Below, in pieces: positions 1-12,739 of a DNA stretch of 64,000 nucleotides. The stretch lies in assembly GCA_024704765.1 (NCBI GenBank), contig JAKMXF010000099.1:420946-484945 (forward strand), given 5' to 3'. A model generated the notes under the pieces. It made no database searches. It was not told the DNA's origin and saw only the letters and a list, made by a program, of their open reading frames with translations. Made by a program: the position numbers and the translations under genes. Source of the DNA: Oopsacas minuta. Taxonomy: Eukaryota; Animalia; Porifera. The first letter of the stretch is position 1. Each line of letters opens with the position of its first letter.

Positions 1-336
1 CCATCTCTGCTTACTACTGTCATGTAAATCGAATCTTGAAAGAACTGCATAATACGCATCTAGCCTTTAACAGTTTTTCGATTGACGCGCATTGTGTATC
101 TATGATTATGTTGTATTTTGTTTTTACAAAGTAATGTTTTCTTGTTTTATATTCAGGCAAACTTAAGCAATGATGTGCATTATATCACACATAACACTTA
201 TACTTGTATACAGTTTTAGCTACAGCACATTCCGTTCATTGACCAATCCAAGCAATATTTTCTAGCGTTTACCTTATTTAACATGAAATTGATGTTAATG
301 TATTAAAATATGCTAAAGAGTTCTATAATTTAATAG

Positions 337-501
337 GTAAAGATTTCAGAATTAATGGTTGCTACAGCTGGAAATTTGTTGGGCTATCACCTCACCCTTC
401 ATATTGAGAATGATCGTAAGATTGATGCAGGTACTCTAAATTTGATATTTTCTTTTTCGGATCTATCTGGAACTCCTGATCAAGAATCTACAGGCACAAC
501 G
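337..501 (+). CDS. WWP1/ITCH-like: Exon: C-terminal part of the C2 domain of a WWP/ITCH-type NEDD4-family E3 ligase
   Basis: Acceptor ...tttaatag (335-336), donor gtatgt (502). Reads VKISELMVATAGNLLGYHLTLHIENDRKIDAGTLNLIFSFSDLSGTPDQESTGTT, resembling the last strands of the WWP1/ITCH C2 domain. Phase 0 at both ends, compatible with the exon at 31900. Confidence 0.6.
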
Positions 502-1009
502 GTATGTAATTGCTCTTTGATAGCTCTCTTTTTGCTTTCAAGCAGAAACTTTGGGTGGGGGCATTGGGCTATCACGAATATTTTGGTTCCTGTGAATAAT
601 TGGTCCCACTTTAAAATTTTGGTCCCACCAGTTTTACGTTTATCTAATTAGGAAATAAATAAATTGTTAATTAATAATAGCTATATCATCAAATTTTGTC
701 AGGCCCAAGTGACGTCATCTGATTTCCAAATAGGGGAATATGTTGTCAAACAATTGCCATTTTTAAGCCGTGTAAATCAAACACTAGTGCGACTTCGACC
801 AACGACTAATTTATATATATTTCCATACAAAGTATAAAATTTGTAAAGATAAAGTTGTGATGTTACTGAAATATATAAGAACCATTTGATGGCACATATT
901 TGGTCAAATCCCCTTATAACTCAATAGTCGCTGACTTTGCATCGTGATATACGATTTTGATCTGACGCAATTTGCCCCTTTGTGTCACTTTTAATATTTA
1001 TGTTGCACA

Positions 1010-1734
1010 CACTGAATTTATCTCGTGCGTACGCGTATCGACAGACTTTTTCGGGGGTACAGGTACGTACGATACAATTTCAGTGTATTTGAACACACAA
1101 ATGCATGTGGGTCATTAAAATGTGTTTGATCCACAGCCATAGTATTGGAACTCTTTAATTTTCCTTGGCGAGGCAGTAATATTCAATTCTACCTGGTCCT
1201 AGTGCTGCATACATCTTGGTCGTTGGTTTGTGTATCGGAGGAGCTATTAGCTACTATATATATATACTTATTCATTGGTTATATGCATTTGGCTCACAGA
1301 TTGAACGGTAGTGATTGAATTTACATTATAATTGTGCTATGATTGCCCCTGGATGTTGTAATGATGTCTCACTACCTCTATCTCTTGGTAGTTGGTTTGG
1401 GTCGGGTTTGGAATAGATATATACCTGCTGCATGGAATTCTGATCGAACACATTCAGAATATTGCTTATTATTGATGTCGGCCATATTAGCACACTCTCA
1501 TATCATTCATAGACATCCAGGATCAATTGAGGTTTGCTGTAGTAGGTTAACTACCACTTACAGAGTTATAGTAACATACCTGTGAGTTAAACACATTTTT
1601 TAATGGCCCACATGCATATTTGTTTTAATACACTGAAATTGTATCGTATATACGTGTATACACGATTTTATAATTTGGTGTACGCGAATATACTAAATAT
1701 TTCGGTGTACGGTACACCCGAATAAAATCCAGTG
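1010..1734. mobile_element. Non-autonomous TIR element (MITE) with ~120-bp imperfect inverted arms
   Basis: acgatacaatttcagtgtatt...atgcatgtgggtcattaaaatgtgttt (~1070-1127) is the reverse complement of aaacacatttt...cccacatgcat...aatacactgaaattgtatcgt (~1591-1648). Termini cactg.../...cagtg. Confidence 0.65.
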
Positions 1735-1749
1735 TATCAGAGTTTAATG

Positions 1750-2260
1750 CCTACTGCGGTAGAACAGATGGTTAAGCAGCATATGTATCACCTGTTTGGT
1801 TCAGCAAGTTCGATATCGCAAATGAAACCAGGCGAACAGATAAGTATATATCCGGTATCAAAGTGTGTCAAGATAAGTCGCATGACCGTATGCTTGTTTC
1901 TGCAGTAAAAAGTCGTGTCCAGCAATTATAGATAGGTGACGATGTAGTTATTCCTATAGAAAGGCCAGGCAAATAACTTCACTTGGGCCACGTAATATGT
2001 TGGGAGTTGTCACTGATGTATTTGACGGTTCGTATGCGATTGGGGCAGGGGATGGTATGTACAGTACGAACTAGCATCGGAATCAAAACGATATCTACTC
2101 TTAATATATATTTCTCCAACCATCTTCTGTTCCACCTGTCATATTTCTCAGACTTCTGCACTAAGGCCAAATGAGTCTGTGTTACAGTGCACATTTAATG
2201 CATATGGTGCAAACTTCTCTAGGCGTGCTTGGACTCACTGTTTCAGCATCGAATGTCTTG
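1750..2260 (+). pseudogene. Degenerate C-terminal fragment of a KRBA2/SCAND3-like (Ginger2-type) integrase/transposase
   Basis: Frameshifted translation ...IGDDVVIPIERPG...GPRNMLGVVTDVFDGSYAIG... resembles the GDxVxVPxPxxDR...RNxLxVV...YxxG tail of these proteins; contains stops and frameshifts. Confidence 0.4.
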
Positions 2261-3973
2261 CGGACTAGGAAAAATATCTTTACTTAGTCATCAAGTTAAT
2301 ACGGTTGTAGATTGGAAACAAAGTACTTAATAAGATTATGTTTAGGAGGTGAATTTGATGCTTCAAATACGTGTTTCAAGTAGGCTTTAATAGAGATTTC
2401 TTTTTCCAAGTTACGAAACCCAAAAATCCAACAAATTATACTCCGATCATAATTACATAGCATTCGAATCCCACGAAGAGAGCAAGAGATTTTTTTAGAG
2501 GATACTCAATTGCATTTGTCAATAGAGATATAATTCAAATCAGGATAAGAGAATATCATAATCACAAGGTAGATCTAACCCATTATTGCGTAAAGTTTTG
2601 AGAAGTTTAACAAAATCAAATTTGGGAAATAGACCTGTTTTGTAGAATGTGTCCAAGTATATATATATTTATTTACCCATACATTCCTTTACAAAATCAT
2701 GTATATTTCTGTGACACATATCCTGCTGTAAATTTATTTCCAGTTTGAATTATCCTCCCTCCATGCAAGTAATTTTCGACTAACATTTACTTCAACTTTT
2801 ATTGTAGTATTTCCCAAGTAAGATGCAAGTTGAATTGTACAATGAACTACTACAATATATATGTTCAAACTCTAATTTAGATTCAATGACCTATGCATTG
2901 AAGAATATAACAAGTAGAAATTGTTTTGAGTTGTGCAATAAACATTTAAAATAATAGTAGAAAAACTGAGCCTTAAGCAGGAAAGCCCTCCCCTTTGTCT
3001 ACGACCTTGCCTATTGAATTTGGAAACTGAGTATTCACAATCCGTCCATAGGCATCGTAAATTGTATTCTTACCATTAGGGCCGTCAGGAGATCTTCAAG
3101 GCCGTGAACCTGGCGATTTTCAGACACCCAAAACTTTTAGAGAATAGAGAGCTCAATATCGAGACTTTTGATCACATTTTTTATTGTGTATGATCAAAAA
3201 TATATATATTATTAAATGAACATGTGTTGAATGAATCATATGATAAGTCTGGGTAACACCTGGAGTTTCCAGTTATCCTCCTGGCATGCCTTGGGCCCCA
3301 TAGCACAGTATATCATAAGTTCAAGATCAACTATATTCATTTTGGTTTACTAATCTGTTTGTTATTTCTCCTTATTATATTCATTATACGTATATCTTGT
3401 TATATTGATCGGTTCATACATAATACAAACTTCTAGAATAAATCATGACTGCACCTCTAACTGTTTCCGTTCCACCTTTTTGAGGGACAGACGATCTCTT
3501 CGCTGCAGCCATAGACTACCTTAATAAAGGATTGTGGGTTACCAGCTCGGATCTTGGAACTTGGGTCCATTGTGTATTTATCGAGATCTCGTAAACCGCT
3601 GTAGTTAGATACCCCAAATGTGTTATTATTGAATAGGAGTTATACTTTTAGAGCCCATTGGTCATGTTACCTTACCTGAAAGATTTGTGGAATATGAGAT
3701 ATGCGGTTTTCACACCTTTCTACATTATGTTAATAATGTCAAAATATCGCTTCCAGTTAGAGTTAGACATGATAAATGTGTTATTATACAATGGGAATTC
3801 ATGAGTAAGGAGTCATTTAGTCACATTTCCTTACCTCAAATATTTGTGGAATGTGAGTTATGCAGTTTCACACCTCCATATAAGGTAAATCGTGAATATT
3901 TCGTAATTGGTACGAGTTAGGTATGACAAATGTATAATTATCTTGTAGGCTCTTAGTTTAGCAGAAAATTAGC

Positions 3974-6900
3974 ATGCCAAAGCGTTGTAGAGCTTACAAT
4001 CGTCAGGGTAAAGACATAGGTGAACCTTATACTCCACTTGTAAGTTTTCCTACCGATGATGATGAACGAAACAGATGGATTGAGGCAATGCCAAATGATC
4101 CCGGTAGTCTCACTAATCGAAAAGAAATCTTTGTATGCACATCACATTTTGAATGCAAATGGGTCACTGTTAGAGGTGGAAGCGGCCGATTGGACCTCCT
4201 ACCTATTTTAAGGGAGTAGCAAAATCCTGCCTGAAGCAAACTTTGACACATCCCAGGCCAACAAAGAAGGCTTCCTCCAAGTACGTGAAAATTGCAAAAG
4301 GAATATCTAGACAAATTAGATAGGATTGAAAACTTTTCATATTTTGCAAACAAGGCAGCAGCACGTTATACCTTGTTTCGTGTCAGAAGCAAATGCAGGG
4401 AATTGATAATGTTTAAGTTGGATGAGCTCGGAAGAAAGTTGTTCAATTTATCTATTTCAAGGAAATTGAATCACTTTTGGTTTCTTGCACTTGGTGGAGG
4501 CAGAGAAAGATGGCTACGCGATCCCCAAACGTTATTTCAGTCTACAGAAGAATAATCTTCTTCATTGATGGTCTCAAGTTGATGAAAACTTTCTACTGTG
4601 GTGAATTATCAAGCATCTAATTCTGATCATTTGGCGAAAGTCATGTACAAGTTAAAACAAATGACATCAGAAGTGCAAGAATGTCCACAATTTCAGTTCC
4701 TAGGGGTGCAACTCGACAAACTCTTGACACCCTACAATAAAATCCGCCACACAAAGCATCTGCTTATTTTCGCTGGAGAACTTCTATGTATCTCTCCAGC
4801 AGCATACAGGATGTTAAGAAATTCAAGAACTATTATCCTTCCTTGGGAGAGATTACTTCGAGATTTGATGACACGCAGCTTTCAGAACAACGAATTGCCT
4901 CGCATATTTGAAGTTCTCAAACCAGAGCAATGTTTTGTCAACATATTGTTCGATGAAGTAAAGCTAATTTATACAAGTGGCTTCAGTGCGGTCACATAAT
5001 TGGCCTGCCAATAATGCACCCAGTGAGCAAGCCACCTCAGCCCTTTGTACCGAAGTAGTTTGTCATCAAGGAGGGCCACGTTTGTGTTTGGTATCCATCC
5101 AGTGAAGAACATAAATTCAGCGGATCTCCAAATAATTTTGTTGGAAATTATGGAAGTCAAGAAAAAGAGTGGTGTGAGACCAATATCCTTTATCTGTGAT
5201 AGCTGCCCGCTAAATCAAGGAGTATAATATTACTTGGTGGTTTAGGGAGAGTGGTGTTGGATGGAATCAAAGTATTTCTCCCTATGATTTCGTACACATC
5301 ATGAAGAATTTGCGAAACAATTGGATAACAGATAAACTTCAAGAGTTATCATTCGTGGAGGACGGTATAGAATACCTCGCATGTTGGAAAGCTATTCAAG
5401 CACTTTATGAAGAGGAGAAAATAAATCCCACTACGACTCACAAAGCTTACACCTACATCAGTATTTCCTAAACCTCTCCAACGACAGAGCGTACCATTCG
5501 TCTGTCAAGTTTTTCACGAGAAGACTGTTGCAGCATTAAAAGCTTTGAAAATAAGGTAAATCCCCAGGAAGGGACTATTAGGTTCATCACAATGGTCACA
5601 AATTGGTTTAAAATGATGAATGTGATGGATAAGTTTGGGCAATCAATCTACGGGATCCATTTAGAGCTCCATGGACACTCAACTACGAAAACTTCGACAT
5701 GCTGTTAGCATGTGCGATGTGATAGGTTCCTGTCGCTGGGAAGGTGGCAAATATAGGCAGAGAAAGTTAACACAATTCCCTGCTGATGTTTTCATAGTAA
5801 CGACAAAGTTCAGCGTTGCAGCCACCGCGTATCTGTTAACTCATCACCAATTCGAATTGGTCCTTCCTGCTGTTTTTTCTCAAGATCCTCTGGAAAAGTT
5901 TTCGGCAAAGCCAGGCAACGCACGGTGGTAACTTCTACATTGATTTAGGAGATGTTATCTCTGCATGCAAGGCACAGCGATTGCATCAGATGCTGAAATT
6001 TAATATCATTCCACAAGGTTGTCTGGAGTGGAAATGCTCATATTGTACAGCACCTATCGTATTAGAAGATATAGATGTTATGCTGGAGACAAGTACAGAA
6101 GACACGCAAACATTCCTTGATTCCACTGACACTCTTAAACATAAAGTAGTCTTCATTGCAGGATTCTTAACATATAAACACCTAGGGCCGGGAGAGGGAG
6201 ATGGAGGTATCAAGTGAATTCTTGCAAGAGCTTGACAGAGGAGGGTTGAGCGTGCCTACATTAGACACCACATGTTTTGTATACATAGCCATTAATCTCC
6301 TCGGAAAAACTTCCTGAATCAAAAACAGATGTCGAGTGTACAGTATGTTCCGAAAGTCTTTTCCTATCAGAAAATTATTCATAGCAGCCATACGAATGGA
6401 ATATAGGTTTCATTATTTTCCAATATTACCGCCATTCAAATCTACGCACTTTCTCATCCTAGCTGGCATTCCATCCATCAACCTCTTGAGTAGGTCAGGG
6501 CTGATGTCAGCCCACACATTTTTGAGTTGATTTTCAGCAGGCCTAAATTTGAAGCAGCTGGTAGCTCAGAGAGTTCATTTTTCACATACGTCCACAAGTT
6601 CTCAATTGGAGATAAATCAGGAGAGTTGCCTGGCCACACTTCTTTCGCCCAGTAGTTTGGAAGATTCAGTGGGCACCACTGCTGACTTAATTTTGAAGTA
6701 TGAGCGGGAGCTCCATCCTGCTGGAAAACAGAATTGGACATGTTTTGGCAAAGTCTTCGCTGTAGAATTGTACCAGTAATCTTTTGCGAGCAAACGAATC
6801 TTGACAAGGTCCAGCTAGTATCTCATCAACATAGTACTTGGCATTTACAGTGCATTTGGGTGGCAGAATGTGTAATTCTGATACAGCACGAGCCGACATA

Positions 6901-7850
6901 GCCCCCCAAACCATAAGATGAGAAGGAAACTTAATAGTGAGGACCGGCGGGACATTTTTGGCATCAGAACTCCAGACGCGATCGGTTTGTGGGTTGGAAG
7001 GCTGAAATAGATGAAACGGAGCTTCATCGGAGAAAATAACATTGCTCCATTGTTCAGCCGACCAAAATAGCCTTTGTTTACAGAAATTTAGGCGATGATC
7101 TTTCTGTTTTCGGTCAATTTTGGCTGATGTGGCCGTTTGTAGCTCTTAAGACCAAGATTTTCTCTCAAATAGCGATGCACCGCTGATTTGGAAGTCGGGT
7201 GTCCACGAACGGTTAGTCTCTTTGCCAATTTTCGCGTAGATTGGTGCCTCTTACCAACAGATTTGGAAATAACTATTTTCGCTGTCCTTGTGAGCGATAA
7301 AGGCCTTCCTGACCTCGGTTTATCGCTGAGACTCTGGTCCAATTTATTTCGTTTCCACCAATTGCTGATGGTCCGTGTGGTCTTTCCAAGGGCTTGGGAC
7401 ACCTGTTTCTGCGTAACTCCGGCCTCTAACATTCCAATAGCCTTTGTACGAAATAAATTCTGAGAGGAATGTAACGATTCGGACATTATTTTGAGAAGGA
7501 ATATTCGAGATCAAATAAATGCTGCTAAAGAAGTCTCTGAAGTTGATAAGCCTATATCACTTGATCTAATGTGTTCACAATTGTTTGAATATTCAATAAA
7601 TTGAGTTCAGAATATTCGAATTCAATTAGTCAAGTTTTGGTAGTCTATTATATCTAAAATTACTATAGGAAAAGACTTTCGGGACATACTGTACATAATG
7701 AAAATTCTTTCATATGTGGATAGTCCTCTTGCAGAAAACTGGGAGCTGAGTTGTACTCTCGTTAATACCCTACTAAAAGCTCAAGTCAATCACACAAGTG
7801 ATCGGGAGCAACAGTATGGCTGTCTTCTACGGAAGGAGAAACTTCAATAG
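3974..7850 (+). pseudogene. Frameshifted THAP + P-element transposase, split by a Tc1 insertion
   Basis: THAP motifs MPKRC...FPTDDDERNRW...VCTSHF; ISPAAYRMLR; LFDEVK; DFVHIMKNLRNNW; SQDPLEKF; VVFIAGFL. The C-terminus resumes after the Tc1 as YVDSPLAENWELSCTLVNTLLKAQV...KEKLQ*. Confidence 0.85.
6341..7691 (-). mobile_element. Tc1-like (DD37E) element, full length, transposase frameshifted (about 6413-7486)
   Basis: 27-bp TIR cagtatgt(t/c)ccgaaagtcttttcctat, TA TSD on both sides. HTH N-terminus, MVWG, FQQDGAP...NSPDLSPIENLW. Confidence 0.93.
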
Positions 7851-8574
7851 CTTATTTACAAATTTGTCTTTATCATCCTTATATTTGAATTCCTATTCGA
7901 AGTTCATACCTATTCTATGTTTAACTCTACTAATAAAAGTAGAGATTAAGATATTACTATATATGGAAAAAGTTTGAAAACCGCAAAACTAAAACCATGA
8001 GTATATTTTAGAGGTTGACTAACTCAATTGACTACTCATATGAGACTTACCATTCGATAATTATACATTTGTCTTACCTAACTCGTACCAATTACGAAAT
8101 ATTCACGATTTACCTTATATGGAGGTGTGAAACTGCATAACTCACATTCCACAAATATTTGAGGTAAGGAAATGTGACTAAATGACTCCTTACTCATGAT
8201 TTCCCATTGTATAATAACACATTTATCATGTCTAACTCTAACTGGAAGCGATATTTTGACATTATTAACATAATGTAGAAAGGTGTGAAAACCGCATATC
8301 TCATATTCCACAAATCTTTCAGGTAAGGTAACATGACCAATGGGCTCTAAAAGTATAACTCCTATTCAATAATAACACATTTGGGGTATCTAACTATAGC
8401 GGTTTACGAGATCTCGATAAATACACAATGGACCCAAGTTCCAAGACCCGAGCTGCAGCCCACAATCCTTTATTAAGGTAGTCTATCGCTGCAACACTTA
8501 TTTATGCAGCGGTAGTTTCGTTGGACGGAAGAGCGACGAAGAAACTATTACCAGTATATCTCATCCTAGGTATG

Positions 8575-8634
8575 CTGGAGCGCATTAAGAACTACTTCTC
8601 CTACAGTTATAAAGTAGTTCTTAATGCGCTCCAG
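8575..8634. repeat. Perfect 23-bp inverted repeat with a 14-nt loop
   Basis: ctggagcgcattaagaactactt (8575-8597) and aagtagttcttaatgcgctccag (8612-8634). Confidence 0.95.
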
Positions 8635-8962
8635 AAAGATCTCCTGTAAGAGATTTTCACGTACCTCAAAAAGCGTCTGAACAAGACCTGGGGTCAATAC
8701 TCTTATATATTTCAATTACAATTATTGTATTTTACTCCGTTTCACTTACTATTTCAGTACATAATGGATATAGTGATATATTGGATATATTGATATTTTT
8801 GTACGTTGATTTTTATCCCGGTTTACATTACCCAGGGTGCTAACCAGGCTTATGCTTCGCGCTACAGCGGCATGAATTTTGGCAAGAATATTTCTAGGAT
8901 TATGAAAACTCTCTCTAGGGACAGAAACTCCTATATCATGATGCAAAATTTATAGCGTAGGC

Positions 8963-10024
8963 CATGCCTACTAAACATAAGGCCTAACAGTAACTCGAAT
9001 TTTTGGCACCAGGGATGCAGTATTAGCTGAAAGCAATTATAGACATAGATTCTTTATTACAGAAAAATGCATTTTTGGATGAATAAATGTGTTACATTTT
9101 TGTAGAACAGCAATTTTATGCAAATAAATGGTAAAAACTTTTAGGAATGTGTAAAAATATGTGGCTAGTAAGCATTTATTTAGCAAAATATGTCATTCTT
9201 TGATGTCTTGTAGAACGTTAAATATTGCATTTATCAACTCAAAGTGAATAAATGAAATGATCTATGGATCCTTTATACAAAATGTCAAAAGTTTGTCATT
9301 CAATAGTTGGCTCGTTGAGTTAAGGTAGAGTCCATGGATGACAAGTTTTTGTGAATATTCAATTATAACTCGAGAATCATTTAAATTATCATAAAATCAG
9401 GATAGGCAATTTATACTATTTACCCAACTTCCCATACCCTTGCAATACATTTTGATACGATATCTCTCACCAATGTGACGATGCCCATGTATGGTCATTT
9501 TCAATATTCTGCAATACCCTTCAATTATTTCCTATCAAAATGTATTACAAGGGTATGAGAAATTGGGTAAATAGTATAAATTGCCTATCTTGATTTTATG
9601 ATAATTTAAATGATTCTCGAGTCATAATTGAATATTCATAAAAACTTGTCATCCATGGTCTCTACCTTAACTCAACAACGAGCCAACTTTTGAATGATAA
9701 ATTTTTGACATTTTATATAAAAGGATCTATAGATCATTTCATTTATTCATTTTGAGTTGATCAATGCAATATTTAACGTTCTACAAGGCATCAAAGAATG
9801 ACATATTTTGCTAAATAAATGCTTACTAGCCACATATCTTTACACATTCCTAAAAGTTTTTACCATTTATTTGTATAAAATTTGCTGTCCTACAAATCTG
9901 CAAAACATTTATTCAGGCAAAAATGTACCTTTTCTACAATAAAGAAACCATGTATATAAATGCTTTCAGCTAATACTTCATCCCTGGTACTTTTACTGTT
10001 AGGCCTTATATTTAGTAGGCTATG
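8963..10024. mobile_element. Foldback (near-fully palindromic) MITE, CATAGCCTAC family, 7-bp TSD
   Basis: Arms of about 490 bp are inverted around a short spacer near 9455-9535. Ends catgcctactaaacataaggcc / ggccttatatttagtaggctatg. TSD cgtaggc at 8956-8962 and 10025-10031. Confidence 0.88.
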
Positions 10025-10129
10025 CGTAGGCGTATGAAATGAATTAGAGTCCATTTCTAGGCGTATGGCCCCTGAGATCCTGACAGTACCCATACAAAAT
10101 TTATTGGAATTGAATTCCAATCTTGTCAC

Positions 10130-12083
10130 GTAGTACATTTACAATTACAATTACTTTTCAATTTATTATGATAGTTATATAATACAAAATAGTTGAATAG
10201 AATAATTTTTTCTATAAACGCCCATATGAATTGTCAGTGATGAGTTCCTGGGATACTTCATTACTTAGGTAACACCTATCAGGTCGAAACAATTTCTCAG
10301 CTCTACTCAAATGTCTCTCCACTGGAGTTTAAGAAGCTGGAAGAGATTAATATCGCTGTGCTATCTTGGGTAAAGTTTGTATGTATTCACATCCTTTTGG
10401 TTTCCAAAATACCGGGCATCAGCTTCTTCTTGTAAACGAATCTCTGGTATGTACAAGTTTATTCTGCTCCTAAGCTTTCATGAGTGATTGAGAAGGAAAA
10501 CTGGTCATAAAACTCAGTAACTCCACTTCTTTGATCGCGTTTTTAGGAGGAGAGCTTTCAATTGGCGACTATAAATTACTGATATCTTCTGTTTTATGTC
10601 ATGTCGGATGCATACTTCTTAAATCTGGATTCAATTCTATCTGACTCACTTTCAGTACTCAATCTGTTTGAATCTTAGATCAAGAATTGCTGCAAAAATA
10701 CTGCTCACGTGCTCGTAGATTCCCATTCTTTCATCAAGGGATTTTCCAGTGATTCAACATGTTAGACTTATTAAGGCTCTCAATGTTTCTAGAAATCTCG
10801 AATTCCCCGAATGCATGGATTGAATTCTGTCGTTGTGTGAATTCTATACCTTCTTCAAATGGTGTTAGTAATTCTACCAGATCTGAGAGTAGGCAACGCT
10901 CATAGACGCTTAGATTTGATAAACCAACATTTCTAGTTTTGCTTCTACAATATTTAATGAGGGTCACTGTTCCACCCGTCACAACGTTCGCTTCTTGCTT
11001 TCTTCTAAGATATTTTTGGCCTGTATTGACTTATAAACATAAGATATAATATTCGTTGCCTTTCTAATTATTTTCTTCGCTGTCCCTGCTTCTTTAAACC
11101 ATATTTTGCTACCAGTTGAAGTGTGTGGATAAAACAGGGTTCGTGCTCTGAGATGTAGGTTATACAATTATTTAGACCGATTGGGTGAATGCTATTATTA
11201 TCATTACCCTCCTCACAAGAAACTGAGCTCGAATCATCTCTCGCTATTGAATCAGAGCCAGGTATAATGAATGCCTTGACCATGTTGGAAGCGTTATTAA
11301 TGATTATGTTTGTTATTTTACCCTGAATTTTATATACTAAAATTATCTCTTCACATAGTTCGGTAATATTTTCTGCATTTTGTTGCCCTCGAAATCGTTT
11401 ACTTCCCAAAGTCACCTAACGCAAAGACCAGTCTAATATAAAATGGCAGGTTATTCCGACGAACCTCCGCATTTGTTGACTGAACCATCTATCAATTGGT
11501 ATGGAAACAGTATCATCCGCATCTATCAGATCCTTTATCTTATTTCAATGATTTGAACTTTCTCTGTTGGTATTTCATTAGAGGGACGTTTCGTAATGGA
11601 ATAATATATCGTTTATCAAGTAGGTTTGCTAACATTTAAATGAATGACTCTCAACAAGTGATATCAGTAGCATCTAACGGGAGTGGGTCAAGTTGACTAT
11701 ACTTCTTTACCTCAAAGTTATTAGTATTTTGTTCAGTGGATCGTCCTAATAATGTAGAAGCAATATTTGTTTGTATCTCAAGAAACTGTCCTTTGTGTTA
11801 TCTCTATATACAATGAGTAAATTATACTTACTGGAGTATGTTATCCTTGTAGGAAGTTTTGAAGTTGTGAATACTATTCAACGTTCAATTTATTTTTCTT
11901 AGCTTTCTAATCTTTCTAATTCTTCTCTATATCATCTAGGCAGTCAGGATTTGAAGTAATAGTAAAGTAATATAAATTACCTATGTTACTATAACATCAA
12001 TTTTATGTCCTAATACTATTACTTTTCAAATTGTAATCATACTATTACAATTACAATTGGACATTACTATTACTCCAGGCCTG
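10130..12083 (-). mobile_element. Degenerate hAT (Ac/zf-BED-like) element
   Basis: Fragments NNASNMVKAF, EPCFIHTLQL, LVELLTPFEE and a C-terminal FWK... dimerisation-like region. Subterminal (ttacaa)n repeats; terminus ...tactccaggcctg at 12083. Left boundary approximate. Confidence 0.75.
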
Positions 12084-12739
12084 ATCTGGACCCAAAATAA
12101 GATATCTTTGGCTCGCACCTCATTTTAGGTTTATGACCTGGATTCCTGGAGAAATGTCCAAGGTCTCTTCCAAAGATACCTTGAAGAAGCGATGAAAGTG
12201 GGAATGACAGCTAAAGTCGTTTGTACATTTATGGTATCCTAAGTACCCGGTGATGGACAAACCGAACACAACGAATGGGTCAAGCTTAAGGGCGAAGATC
12301 TGACTGCAGAAGGTGCCCTTCAATTCAGCGCTTTTGCTCAGAAAGACTTTAGTTGGTAAGGGCATATCTATCGATCGGGGATGTCGCAAATAGATTGTTG
12401 GCCAATAGGACAATGGCTCAAAGGATGAAACCGTCAATTGTGAAGACGTAGGCTCTTGATATTGAAATATTATCTACTACATAGAAGAAATCCAAATTGT
12501 AGAATTATTTGGTCCCATATTACTCATAATCCCAATTTATTGATTAAAGTTTCAGTAGTTTAACACTCTATTTAAGCTATATCCATAATATACTTTTGGA
12601 AAATATGGGAAAAACAAGAATTTTTTGCATAATTTATCTCAGATATCAAGAAGTATGAATTATTCCAATTATTTGAATAGTATAATTCATTAATTCATTA
12701 ATTATTCAACTTAGCAATCACTTAACCATATTGTACCCC

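Larger units (their letters stand above)
3510..8487 (+). mobile_element. P-superfamily (THAP9-like) DNA transposon with ~433-bp TIRs
   Basis: TIRs at 3510-3942 and 8056-8487 (about 98% identical by eye; mirrored ORFs 3687..3920+ and 8078..8311-). Starts CATAGACTACC. 8-bp TSD gctgcagc (3502-3509) / gctgcaac (8488-8495). Internal THAP domain and P transposase. Confidence 0.9.

Noticed and set aside
3687-8311. Near-identical 77-aa ORFs at 3687..3920+ and 8078..8311- as a duplicated gene
   Set aside because: They lie within the P-element TIRs and have no recognisable domain.
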